A stretch of DNA of 55,702 nt from Desulfobacterales bacterium (GTDB lineage: Bacteria; Desulfobacterota; Desulfobacteria; Desulfobacterales; C00003060), in assembly GCA_030616425.1 (NCBI GenBank), contig JAUWXJ010000001.1, positions 1 to 55,702 of the forward strand, written 5' to 3'. The notes under the pieces were generated by a model. It was not told the origin of the DNA. It saw only the letters and a list, made by a program, of their open reading frames with translations, and ran no database searches. A program made the translations under genes and the position numbers. Positions 29,145-37,705 of the stretch are shown one piece after another. Position 1 is the stretch's first letter. Each line of letters begins with the position of its first letter.

Positions 29145-30086
29145 CTATTTGACCAACTCTTTAATCCACTCGTACTCCGTCTTAAGTCCATCCTGAATCG
29201 AGACTTTTGCTTTGTATCCTATCACTTCCTCTGCTTTGGTCACGTCCGCCAAAGTGTGTCTCACATCACCCTTTTGTACACCCTGATAATGCACCTCAAG
29301 ATCCCGACCCATCATCCCCTTCATGATCTCTATCACCTTGTTCAGAGTAATGCGTGACCCCCCCCCAATGTTCAGCACTTCTCCAGGCATAGCTTTTTCA
29401 AAGGCCAGCCAGTTGGCTTCCATAATGTCGTCCACATGTGTGAAGTCTCTGCTCTGTTCGCCGTCCCCATACACCTTAAGCGGTTTCCCCTCCAGTGCCC
29501 ATCTGAAGAAACGGTGAAAGGCCATGTCTGGCCGTTGACGAGCCCCGTAAACTGTGAAATACCGCAGTGAGATTACTGGTATTCCAAAATTTTTGTAGTA
29601 AAGACGGCACAGGTGTTCGGCAGCCAGCTTAGACACACCATACGGAGAAACCGGACACGGCAGGGAGGATTCTCTCATGGGAAGATCTTTGGTATCTCCA
29701 TAAACTGAAGAAGAGGAGGCATAAACGAATCCCTTCACCGGATTTTGCTTACACGCCTCAAGGAGCATCTGTGTTGCAAGGATATTGTTATCAGAGTAAA
29801 TTTTAAAGTCTTGCCCCCAACTCGCCCGCACACCTGCTTGGGCCGATTGATGAAAAACAACATCAACTCCGTCCAAAACCTTTGCCAAGTCGACCTCAAG
29901 GAGACTTCCTTCAACAAACTCAAAATTGTGACTCTTCCTCAATTCACTAATATTTGATTCCTTTATGGATCTGGCGTAGTAATTCATAAAATTATCGATA
30001 CCTGCGACCTCTAATCCCTTTTGAATCAAATATTCGCACAAATGCGATCCAATAAAGCCGGCTGCCCCTGTGACCAAAGACTTCAA
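29145..30086 (-). CDS. NAD-dependent epimerase/dehydratase (SDR), likely a UDP-glucuronate/UDP-hexose 4-epimerase
   Basis: 313 aa. VTGAAGFIGSHL and catalytic SPYGVSKLAAE (YxxxK). Confidence 0.8.
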   Translation of the reverse strand: MKSLVTGAAGFIGSHLCEYLIQKGLEVAGIDNFMNYYARSIKESNISELRKSHNFEFVEGSLLEVDLAKVLDGVDVVFHQSAQAGVRASWGQDFKIYSDNNILATQMLLEACKQNPVKGFVYASSSSVYGDTKDLPMRESSLPCPVSPYGVSKLAAEHLCRLYYKNFGIPVISLRYFTVYGARQRPDMAFHRFFRWALEGKPLKVYGDGEQSRDFTHVDDIMEANWLAFEKAMPGEVLNIGGGSRITLNKVIEIMKGMMGRDLEVHYQGVQKGDVRHTLADVTKAEEVIGYKAKVSIQDGLKTEYEWIKELVK

Positions 30087-31204
30087 GTCGTCCCTCCTTG
30101 TGTTCCTGTCTTGTGTCTATATATAGTGGTATATAGCTCAATCGTTCTATCTAGCATATTGTCGTAATTATAATTTTTTTCAACCCTAAATCTGCCGTTT
30201 TCTCCTAACCTCTTTGAAAGCTTCTCATCTTGTAACAGTCTTAAGATTCCATCTGCAACAGCCTCAGCATTATTCGGCTCAACCAGCAGACCTGTTTCTT
30301 CCGGTCTAATCACCTCGGAAATACTTCCAACATTTGTTGCCACAACCGGCTTCTTCATAGCCAAGTACTGAAGCACGGCCTGGGGGACACCTTCTGCCGA
30401 TTCTGAAGTCAGAGCGCACACATCAGAAGCTGACAAGATCTCGGGGATATCTTCTCGGTACCCGGTCATTATCACATTCTTCTCGAGTTCTAGATCTTCT
30501 ATCTTTCTCTGAATATTATTCATGCCGGGGCCATCACCCACTATCAAAAAAACGATGGATGGTATTACTCCCAAAACGATTCGGGATGCCTCAAGGAAAA
30601 TCCCATGCCGCTTCCAGCTTCTCAAAACCGCCACCATGGTCACAACCTTTGTGCCTTCTGGAATCTGCAATTCTTCCCTTATTCCTCTGCCTGAGACTCC
30701 AGGGTGGAATCTGTCCAACATGACGCCCGTAGGTATAGAAAATATTTTGTTACCATCAAGACGGTTTTCTTCCATCATCATTCTGCGGATCGACTCCCCG
30801 GTAGTGATAACGGCATCAGGCATTCTATAAACAAAATTGAGAATGTGTTTCGATATGGGGACTGAGAGGTGTCGAGTTCTGACAAGCACAGGGACATTGG
30901 CAATCTTGGCTGCAAAGGAGGCTATCCAGCTGTCAACCGAACTGTGAGTATTCACTACCAGAATATCCCTTTCCTTGATTAGACTCACTATCTTCAAAAG
31001 GGCTGTCACATCAAAGCTGTGTTTTATATCTAGTAGGTGTGTTTCGATCCCATTCTTTACCGCTTCTTTTGCCAGTTTACTTTCCGGAGGACAGAGAATC
31101 GAGGCCTCGTGACCCCTGTCCAACAAACCGATGGTGTCAAGAAGGATTCGTATCTCTTGTCCTCCCCATCCATTTGACCATTCTGTATGGAGAACCCTAA
31201 GCAT
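30083..31204 (-). CDS. Glycosyltransferase family 4
   Basis: 373 aa. ESAEGVPQAVLQYLAMKKPVVATNVGSISEVI. Its stop overlaps the SDR start by 4 nt. Confidence 0.85.
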   Translation of the reverse strand: MLRVLHTEWSNGWGGQEIRILLDTIGLLDRGHEASILCPPESKLAKEAVKNGIETHLLDIKHSFDVTALLKIVSLIKERDILVVNTHSSVDSWIASFAAKIANVPVLVRTRHLSVPISKHILNFVYRMPDAVITTGESIRRMMMEENRLDGNKIFSIPTGVMLDRFHPGVSGRGIREELQIPEGTKVVTMVAVLRSWKRHGIFLEASRIVLGVIPSIVFLIVGDGPGMNNIQRKIEDLELEKNVIMTGYREDIPEILSASDVCALTSESAEGVPQAVLQYLAMKKPVVATNVGSISEVIRPEETGLLVEPNNAEAVADGILRLLQDEKLSKRLGENGRFRVEKNYNYDNMLDRTIELYTTIYRHKTGTQGGTT

Positions 31205-31288
31205 CTGATGACCTTCTTATACTGTGCACGGTCATAAATGGCGTTTTATGACTTCCGTGGGGTATCAGGTTCGACGCATTGTTAAAAT

Positions 31289-31440
31289 AAATTCGAAATC
31301 CGAATATCGAAATCCAAAACAAATCCGAATTTTCAAATTTCTTAATGTTTCAAGCTAAACATCAGCCAATTTATTTTGAATCTTTTGTTTTGGTAATTTG
31401 ATATTGTTTCGTATTTCGTGCTTCGTATTTCGGATTTGGC
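31289..31440. repeat. Long imperfect palindrome with CGAAAT-type sub-repeat arms
   Basis: Left arm attcgaaatccgaatatcgaaatccaaaacaaatccgaatttt faces right arm gtttcgtatttcgtgcttcgtatttcggatttgg. It lies in the 273-nt gap between waaC and the GT4 gene. Confidence 0.65.
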
Positions 31441-31477
31441 AGTATATTGTGCATGGTCAAAAATTCAAAAGCTCCAA

Positions 31478-32521
31478 CTATGCCCGTCCAAAGTATAATA
31501 CCCTTGCAACAGCACCAAAAACCTGCTCAACAGAAATAAGTTTCATACACTCAACACTGTCACACTTTTTCTTAAAGCACGGGCTACAAGACAGGTCCGA
31601 GCGTATAATTTCATGCCCTTCTCCGAATGGGCCTGTTCTCCAGGGAGCCGTAGGGCCGAAAAGGGCAACTACAGGTGTTCCTACTGCCGCGGATAGGTGC
31701 ATGGGGCCCGTATCTGTAGATACCAGACATTTTGACATCTCGTAGAGGGCAGCCAAATGCCTTAAATCGGTCCGGCCAGAAAAGTCGATGCACGGATTGT
31801 GCATTCTAGAAATGATCTTTGCGATTTCTTTCTTATCTTCTTCGCTTCCCGTGAGGACCACGACACACCCAAGCTCTGAAACAACCCTGTCAGCCAATCT
31901 TGAGAAATTATCACCATCCCAGAGTTTGCTATCCCATTTTGCCACAGGATTTATGGCAAGAACAGATTGATTGTCCCATCCGTTTTGACGCAGCATCGAC
32001 CTGACGCGCGACCTTTCCTGTTCTCCAAGCGGGATATCAAACCTTATGTCGTGGGCCTCAACACCCAAGTGTTTAACCAAATTTAAGTATCTAAAAACCG
32101 CATGTTTGTCCATATCAAAGGGTGGTATGCGACCATTAAGGACAATATAGCTGAATTCACGGGTCATCCCGTAGCCGATCTTTTGTTTCGCCCGACACAG
32201 ACCAACCATCGCAGCACTTTTCATAAGCCCCTGAAAATCAATCACGATGTCATATGTGGTGTCTCGAAGTTCCCTCACAAAACGAATCGCCCCTTTTATG
32301 TTCTGAAGGCACTGAGGCCCCAGAAGGCCCTTGATCCACTGTTGTCGTTTTGAGATAAGGATCCGATCTAGGGCCTGATGAGATTTGACGATGTCAGATG
32401 CAGCCTCCTCCACCAGCCAGGTGACGTGAGCGTCGGGAAAATGCTCCCTAAGAGCATTCAGGGCCGGCAGTGTATGGATTACGTCTCCAATAGCGCTCAT
32501 TTTGATGATGAGTATGTTCAT
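31478..32521 (-). CDS. waaC: ADP-heptose:LPS heptosyltransferase I
   Basis: MNILIIKMSAIGDVIHTLPALNALREHFPDAHVTWLVEE resembles E. coli WaaC (MRVLIVKTSSMGDVLHTLPALTD...WVVEE). C-terminal DTGPMHLSAAVGTPVVALFGPT. Confidence 0.85.
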   Translation of the reverse strand: MNILIIKMSAIGDVIHTLPALNALREHFPDAHVTWLVEEAASDIVKSHQALDRILISKRQQWIKGLLGPQCLQNIKGAIRFVRELRDTTYDIVIDFQGLMKSAAMVGLCRAKQKIGYGMTREFSYIVLNGRIPPFDMDKHAVFRYLNLVKHLGVEAHDIRFDIPLGEQERSRVRSMLRQNGWDNQSVLAINPVAKWDSKLWDGDNFSRLADRVVSELGCVVVLTGSEEDKKEIAKIISRMHNPCIDFSGRTDLRHLAALYEMSKCLVSTDTGPMHLSAAVGTPVVALFGPTAPWRTGPFGEGHEIIRSDLSCSPCFKKKCDSVECMKLISVEQVFGAVARVLYFGRA

Positions 32522-32544
32522 AACATCAGTGCCTAAAGTTTAGT

Positions 32545-33618
32545 TCACCTACTATCGCCACCCTTGCCGGTCTCTGCGATCAGCGCAGCAGCAGCAGCAT
32601 ATACCCGATCAATTGTAATCTCTTTCATACAGCGATGGTCCTCAGGACATTCTGGCTTGAGACAAGGGCTACAGGGGACCTGCACACGAATAATGCGACT
32701 CCTGGAACTACTTGGCCCTGTTGTAATCGGATTGGTCGAGCCAAAAATAGCAACCAGGGGCACATCAAATGCCGATGCCACGTGCATCAAGCCGGAATCG
32801 TTGGTTACGAAGAGTTGACACTTTTCAATTAAGGCTACAGCCTCACGAAGGGTGGTTCTGCCACAAAGATTGATACAACCGTGCTTCATCAATGCTGAAA
32901 TCTGGCGCCCCGTGGCCTCTTCCCCTGACCCTCCAAAGATAATAATCCGAGACGCCCAATTGGTCTGAATCTTGTCACACAGGGCCGCATACCGTTCAGG
33001 CGGCCACCGCTTTGCCGGCCCGTAAGTAGATCCAGGATTTACCCCTACTAGTACGTCACGGCCTGTCACTCCGTAATTTGCCAGTATATCTTCCGCGCGG
33101 CTGCATTCCTGGCCCGTCACTACTATGGTCAGGTCTCTGCCATCAAGCTCCAGGAAAGCCCCCTTTAGAATGGTGAGGTAGTAATCAATTTCGTGGATCT
33201 GCTTGAATTTTGGTTCCAAATGAATGGGGTGTGTCAGAAGCGCGCCCCGGGCATCAGTATCGTAGCCGAGTCTGTTGGGAATTCCGGCCAAGTAAGTTAG
33301 CAGGGCAGCTTCAAAGGCATTCTGGAACAAAACGGAGAGATCAAACCTGCGTCTCCTCAATTCCTTGATCAGCTGTATTTTTCCCACCCAACCCGCATGT
33401 TTTCTCTCTGAATCATATTGTATGACATAATCCGCATACGGATTATGGTAAAAAACTGGAGCCACCCAGGGCTTGGCCAAGATACTGATTTGTGCGTGGG
33501 GAAAATTCTTTCGAATCGCCCGAACCGCTGGCGTAGTCAGGATGGCATCCCCGACCCAGTTCGTAGAACGAATAAGTATGCGTTCGATCGTATCAGAATT
33601 CAGTTTTCTTTTTATCAT
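32545..33618 (-). CDS. waaF: ADP-heptose:LPS heptosyltransferase II
   Basis: ILIRSTNWVGDAILTTPAVRAIRKNFP and NDSGLMHVASAFDVPLVAIFGSTNP. I prefer the internal ATG at 33618 (MIKRKL); the ORF-track start at 33747 would overlap lpxL by 61 nt. Confidence 0.8.
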   Translation of the reverse strand: MIKRKLNSDTIERILIRSTNWVGDAILTTPAVRAIRKNFPHAQISILAKPWVAPVFYHNPYADYVIQYDSERKHAGWVGKIQLIKELRRRRFDLSVLFQNAFEAALLTYLAGIPNRLGYDTDARGALLTHPIHLEPKFKQIHEIDYYLTILKGAFLELDGRDLTIVVTGQECSRAEDILANYGVTGRDVLVGVNPGSTYGPAKRWPPERYAALCDKIQTNWASRIIIFGGSGEEATGRQISALMKHGCINLCGRTTLREAVALIEKCQLFVTNDSGLMHVASAFDVPLVAIFGSTNPITTGPSSSRSRIIRVQVPCSPCLKPECPEDHRCMKEITIDRVYAAAAALIAETGKGGDSR

Positions 33619-33686
33619 CAGACGAGTGACAATTCTCTTTCCGCTGTGCCCGCTGTGCTGGTCGTCTTGGCTCAGGTGCCCGTCCG

Positions 33687-34592
33687 TTACTTCCTTGGCC
33701 AGAGATGATAGGGCCTTGTCTTCCAACGCTGATGGACCCAAAACCACTGATCCGGATACCGGCGAATAAACGATTCTATAACCTTGGTGTACTGCTGGGT
33801 ATTGGCCTCAACATCCTTTGTCTTATCCCCTGTTTGCACCAAGGGGACCTCAGGACCAAATTCCGCCTTAAAGCATGATTTGTCTCTCACAAGAAACACT
33901 GGCACAACAGGGGCTCCTGTATGTAAGGCAAGCAATGCCAACCCCTTGTTCGTACAGGCCGGCCTTCCAAAAAAATCGACAAAAACACCATCATACCAAT
34001 CGACATTCTGGTCCATCAACATGCCAACCATCTCCCTTCTTGCCAGGCTTTTCATGACCATGCGCATCGAATATTTTTTTGGTATTAACTTCCCCCCAAA
34101 ACGGGTCCTGTGCCTTATGAAAAATTCTTCAAGAGGCCTGAATTCGAGTGGCCGTACGACAATACTCGCTGGATAACCAGTCATAGCTATAACAACGGTC
34201 AAAAGTTCCCAGTTCCCCATATGGGCTGTGAGGATGAGAACACCTTTGCCTTTCTCATAGGCACGCGTGAGGTTGGATAATCCCTCAATGAGAAAGTATT
34301 TATGAAAGTTCTTCTTCTCCAGTCTCAGAAACCAGCCCATCTCGAATAAGATCTGGCCCAGCCCGCAAAAAACCCTCCGCGCAAGCTCTCTGATCTGTCT
34401 CGACCCCTTTTCCCGCCCAAAGGCGTGGAAGAGGTTTTCTAAGGCAATCTCTCTATGTTTTGAATCACAAACGAAAATGAGATGACCCAGAAACGCCCCC
34501 AACCGTCGACCCGTATCTAGCGGGACTCTACCCAGGAGCATAAATAACCGAGTGATCACCTGACAAGCCATTCTGTCAAACAAGCTTTTCAT
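33687..34592 (-). CDS. lpxL: Lipid A biosynthesis (Kdo)2-lipid IVA acyltransferase (LpxL/HtrB family)
   Basis: 301 aa. LTAHMGNWELL (HX4-type motif), PDQWFWVHQRWK C-terminus. Confidence 0.85.
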   Translation of the reverse strand: MKSLFDRMACQVITRLFMLLGRVPLDTGRRLGAFLGHLIFVCDSKHREIALENLFHAFGREKGSRQIRELARRVFCGLGQILFEMGWFLRLEKKNFHKYFLIEGLSNLTRAYEKGKGVLILTAHMGNWELLTVVIAMTGYPASIVVRPLEFRPLEEFFIRHRTRFGGKLIPKKYSMRMVMKSLARREMVGMLMDQNVDWYDGVFVDFFGRPACTNKGLALLALHTGAPVVPVFLVRDKSCFKAEFGPEVPLVQTGDKTKDVEANTQQYTKVIESFIRRYPDQWFWVHQRWKTRPYHLWPRK

Positions 34593-34656
34593 AAAATAAT
34601 AAACCCTGCTGCCACTTTCGATCCGCCTCAGGGGAACTACTGGCCGCAGCAGGGTT
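34593..34656 (-). terminator. Terminator-like hairpin downstream of hepT, abutting the lpxL start codon
   Basis: On the minus strand, aaccctgctgc...gcagcagggtt forms an 11-bp stem with a ~33-nt loop, followed by tattatttt and then the lpxL ATG (34592). Confidence 0.35.
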
Positions 34657-34673
34657 GGCGCACGCTTTTCAGT

Positions 34674-35132
34674 TCAAAGAGATCGATCCACCAAATCGGG
34701 GTGTAAGCCTATCCATTCGAGAATTTTAGCCAAAATCTTTTCTACATCATCAAGTTGCTCATGGCATATTTGGTAAAGTTCTTCTGTTGTGACTTCGTCG
34801 TAAAAATGAACCATACGGTTTCGATACCCGGCTAATTCCCGCATGATCTTTGCTTCCGCCTCTTGCAGCACGCCACACTTTTTAAGCTCTATAGGAATTT
34901 CCTTATATTCAGCAACAGCCTTGCCAAACCCTTTGGCCAGCATATGTCTACCCAAATCCATCAGCGCTTCAAGCCCCCTGCGCAGGTAGGATTCTGCTGA
35001 AGCGGCATTCCTGGGATCGGATAAGAAGGATTGGTAGGAATCAAGAGGTAAGGAACGGACACTCCCCATCATCTTCCTGATCCAGGCGGTTCTCTCAACG
35101 ATGATTTTTTCTCGAAGCATTGAACGTGTCAT
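34674..35132 (-). CDS. hepT: HepT-like HEPN/DUF86 toxin (type VII TA)
   Basis: Rx4H motif in GYRNRMVHFY, with size and position (downstream of the MNT gene) typical of HepT. Start taken at MTRSMLREK (35132); it overlaps the mntA 3' end by 38 nt. Confidence 0.8.
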   Translation of the reverse strand: MTRSMLREKIIVERTAWIRKMMGSVRSLPLDSYQSFLSDPRNAASAESYLRRGLEALMDLGRHMLAKGFGKAVAEYKEIPIELKKCGVLQEAEAKIMRELAGYRNRMVHFYDEVTTEELYQICHEQLDDVEKILAKILEWIGLHPDLVDRSL

Positions 35133-35559
35133 GAAATTTGCCTGTAAGAATCTGGTGTCTCCTTTGCCGTTCAAAATAGGCCAAATCCCCTGCTCTGCGC
35201 AAGACGTACAGTTCATACTCCGCGGTTTCGTCCGGGGCGGCTGTGAAGAGGAGTTCGCCTTGAATTACTTCCAAGGCAAGGAAAGGTGAGGCTTCAGGAA
35301 GGATCACGAGATCCACCCGGCGAACCCCGAATAAGTTTTCCAAATCAATCGTCAATCTCACCCTGTCTCTCTCACTCAGACGGACGCCTGTAGCAGTGAG
35401 CACACCCATATCAACATCCGAGCCATATCTGTCATCCATCCGACCTGTCCCGCGCACATATTGGAATACCTCTTTTGCCCGGCTGCCAAACACATAGAGG
35501 CTGTCAATCCGGTATTCACGGCAAAGGGATTGGATGCTTTTTAATATTTCCGCTTTCAT
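35095..35559 (-). CDS. mntA: MntA-like minimal nucleotidyltransferase antitoxin
   Basis: LYVFGSRAKE...GSDVDMGV (GS...DxD NTase motif). I prefer the start at MKAEILKSIQ (35559) to the ORF-track start at 35622. Confidence 0.8.
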   Translation of the reverse strand: MKAEILKSIQSLCREYRIDSLYVFGSRAKEVFQYVRGTGRMDDRYGSDVDMGVLTATGVRLSERDRVRLTIDLENLFGVRRVDLVILPEASPFLALEVIQGELLFTAAPDETAEYELYVLRRAGDLAYFERQRRHQILTGKFHDTFNASRKNHR

Positions 35560-35710
35560 TGGAGCACTTGATACGAACAGAGCATCGTATTCTAACCACT
35601 TCCGATACCTACACAATATCATTAGCCTTTTTAATACAAGACTACACTAAGCCCACTCTATGGTCAAGGAACTTTTGTCTGGAGAATTTCACATACCCGC
35701 CTGCCATCGC

Positions 35711-35905
35711 CTCCCCCACCCCGGCATTCTCATAAGCCCCCACTCGATACATTAAACCCGAGCCACCATATGTTGCGGCTCTTTTTGCCTTGACACACAA
35801 CCCCATTTTTCCTATACTCCCCCCACCAAAAAGCAACTTCTTATCAAACACACAACTCCATTTTTCCTATACTCGTCCCACCAAAAAGGGACTTCTTATC
35901 AAATC
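35711..35905 (+). repeat. Direct repeat, left copy (about 140-nt unit whose last ~57 nt are tandemly duplicated)
   Basis: 35711..35847 aligns with 38158..38298 at roughly 85-90% identity by eye. 35849..35905 repeats the promoter-like tail. Confidence 0.85.
35790..35818 (+). promoter_or_regulatory. Sigma70-like promoter inside the left repeat
   Basis: TTGACA, 17-nt spacer, TATACT. The duplicated unit at 35845..35873 reads CAAACA-17-TATACT. Confidence 0.55.
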
Positions 35906-35914
35906 CTAGATCCC

Positions 35915-35943
35915 TTGACATATCAAGAAGATAAAGATATGTT
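35915..35943 (+). promoter_or_regulatory. Second sigma70-like promoter upstream of the radical SAM gene
   Basis: TTGACA, 17-nt spacer, TATGTT. Confidence 0.45.
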
Positions 35944-36185
35944 ACGGCCAATCATCGCACGTCCAGTTCATACGATATCCGATCATACCGACAGGCCGAT
36001 TCTGCTCAAGCTCCACTTCTCTATCAGGCGGGGCAAGGTTTTCGCATTCTTTTCAACTCACAAATCAATGTCATTGACTCACAAATACAAAAAGAGGGCG
36101 GAAGATTCAATTGCAGTGATCGGCACAATAGCCTGGGAAGACCTGACTCCCCGCCATGGGCCTTGAACCTTAAAGAGAAAAACAA

Positions 36186-37598
36186 TTGAAGATCACTATT
36201 ATTTTTCCCGGCAGAAGTCTCGAAACGGCAAAGCCTACGGGTTCGGTCATGCCATTGGCCCCGACATTGTTGGCTGCCTTAACGCCAGACGAACACGAGG
36301 TTTGCCTGGTGGACATGTTCTTTGGCGACAAGGTTGACTATGAATCTGATGTAGACGTTGTGGCCATCACGGTTCGCACGCCTTTGGCCGTGATTGCATA
36401 CGAGATAGCCGATAGTTTCCTCAAAAAAGGTAAGAAAGTTATTCTAGGAGGGCCGCACATCTTTGCCTTTCCCGAAGAGGCCAAACAGCATGCAACTGCC
36501 GTGGCAATCGGTGAAGGGGAAGGGCTTTGGCCAATTATCCTCAAGGACGCAGAACAAAACAAGCTAAAGGATTTCTACGTGTGCGGACCCTATGGGGTAG
36601 AGAGACTGGACGGTGCCGTCTATCACAAAAAAGAAAGACCGACACTGAAGAACCTTCCGATGATGAGACGGGACCTATTGCCCCGCGAGCGCTATTTCAT
36701 GGATTCCATATTCACGACCCGCGGCTGTCCCAACCACTGCCGGTTTTGTCCCGTTACGGATATTTTCGGGCCCAAAATTCGGCACAGGCCCATCGATGAA
36801 GTGGTCGCTGAAATAGAGACCCTCGGCAGACGGTACTTTAGCGTTGACGACAGCGTGTTTGGCCATCCGCAAATTGTGGACCGACCTCAAGAGAATCAGT
36901 ACTACCTTGACCTTTATCGCGAACTGGGACGACTCCGTCGCGGGCGACTTTGGACTGGCGCTGGCGGCTTATCAGCAGTGAATTACAAGAATGGCCGCAA
37001 GATCCTGGAACTTGCTGCTGAAAGTGGCTTGTGCAGCATAGCAGCAGGTCTGGAGTCGATATCCGCGAAAGGCCAGAAACAATCTGGAGGTTGGAAGAAG
37101 CTACACTACACTTCCCCAGATGCCTTTGATATCGAGAGAATGAAGACAAATATCAGAACCATCCAGAGCCTTGGGATTGAAGTTAAGGGGTTCTTCATCA
37201 TCGGTTGGGACGAAGATACTACGGAAACTTACCGCAGAACCCTCGACTTTTGCGACGAATGTAACGTTATCCCTTTCATTTTCACTCTAACTCCCATGCC
37301 CGGCAGCCAGATTTATCGGGAGTATTTGGAGCAAGGGCGGATTCTTACTGATCGTCCTTGGGACCATTACGGTGGCGGCCATATTGTATATGCGCATCCC
37401 ATTATGTCGGAACAGGAGATGTTTGACCTCAATGCCGAGGTTATGACCAAAGGGTACAGCATGAGACGTATCCTCAAAAGGACTCTCCAAGCGGTGAGGT
37501 ACCGATTTTCCTTCGATGTTGCTACAAACTCGTTTTTCACTCAAGTGGGACTGAGAAAGGCATACAGGCAATTGTATGAGCAAAGTCCAAGGCCATAG
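36186..37598 (+). CDS. B12-binding domain-containing (class B) radical SAM protein, function unknown
   Basis: 470 aa with a TTG start. N-terminal cobalamin-binding-like domain (VDVVAITVRT..., KKVILGGPH). Radical SAM cluster motif CPNHCRFC (CxxxCxxC). Confidence 0.85.
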   Translation: MKITIIFPGRSLETAKPTGSVMPLAPTLLAALTPDEHEVCLVDMFFGDKVDYESDVDVVAITVRTPLAVIAYEIADSFLKKGKKVILGGPHIFAFPEEAKQHATAVAIGEGEGLWPIILKDAEQNKLKDFYVCGPYGVERLDGAVYHKKERPTLKNLPMMRRDLLPRERYFMDSIFTTRGCPNHCRFCPVTDIFGPKIRHRPIDEVVAEIETLGRRYFSVDDSVFGHPQIVDRPQENQYYLDLYRELGRLRRGRLWTGAGGLSAVNYKNGRKILELAAESGLCSIAAGLESISAKGQKQSGGWKKLHYTSPDAFDIERMKTNIRTIQSLGIEVKGFFIIGWDEDTTETYRRTLDFCDECNVIPFIFTLTPMPGSQIYREYLEQGRILTDRPWDHYGGGHIVYAHPIMSEQEMFDLNAEVMTKGYSMRRILKRTLQAVRYRFSFDVATNSFFTQVGLRKAYRQLYEQSPRP

Positions 37599-37705
37599 TT
37601 GTTGCAAGAATATGATCCTCGCCTTTGCACGGGAAACATTAGAATTGTATGAAAGACGCAGGAGTGATTGGGCTTTCTTGTTTTTGGGCCAAGGAGGGTT
37701 TTCAC

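Noticed and set aside
31255-31290. A tRNA-like T-arm (caggttcgacgc) in the waaC-GT4 gap.
   Set aside because: No flanking acceptor stem, anticodon arm or D-arm could be built. It is an isolated GGTTCGA-like match only.
35642-35851. A 69-aa minus-strand ORF across the left direct repeat.
   Set aside because: It is the translation of the repeat element. The equivalent frame in the right copy (38158..38298) contains stop codons, so the coding potential is not conserved.
35939-36166. A 75-codon ORF just upstream of the radical SAM gene, considered as a real gene or RiPP precursor.
   Set aside because: It has no convincing SD. Its ATG overlaps the predicted -10 box of the 35915 promoter. It shows no Cys/Ser/Thr-rich core or leader-like pattern. 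I keep it only as a low-probability idea within the rSAM finding.
35944-36185. A possible cobalamin riboswitch in the 5' leader of the B12-binding radical SAM gene.
   Set aside because: I could not find a B12-box-like element (consensus roughly AGYCMGGAGACCKGCC) or the conserved GGGAA/GCCACTG blocks on the plus strand. Only a weak reverse-strand resemblance exists. A covariance-model scan (Rfam RF00174) would settle it.
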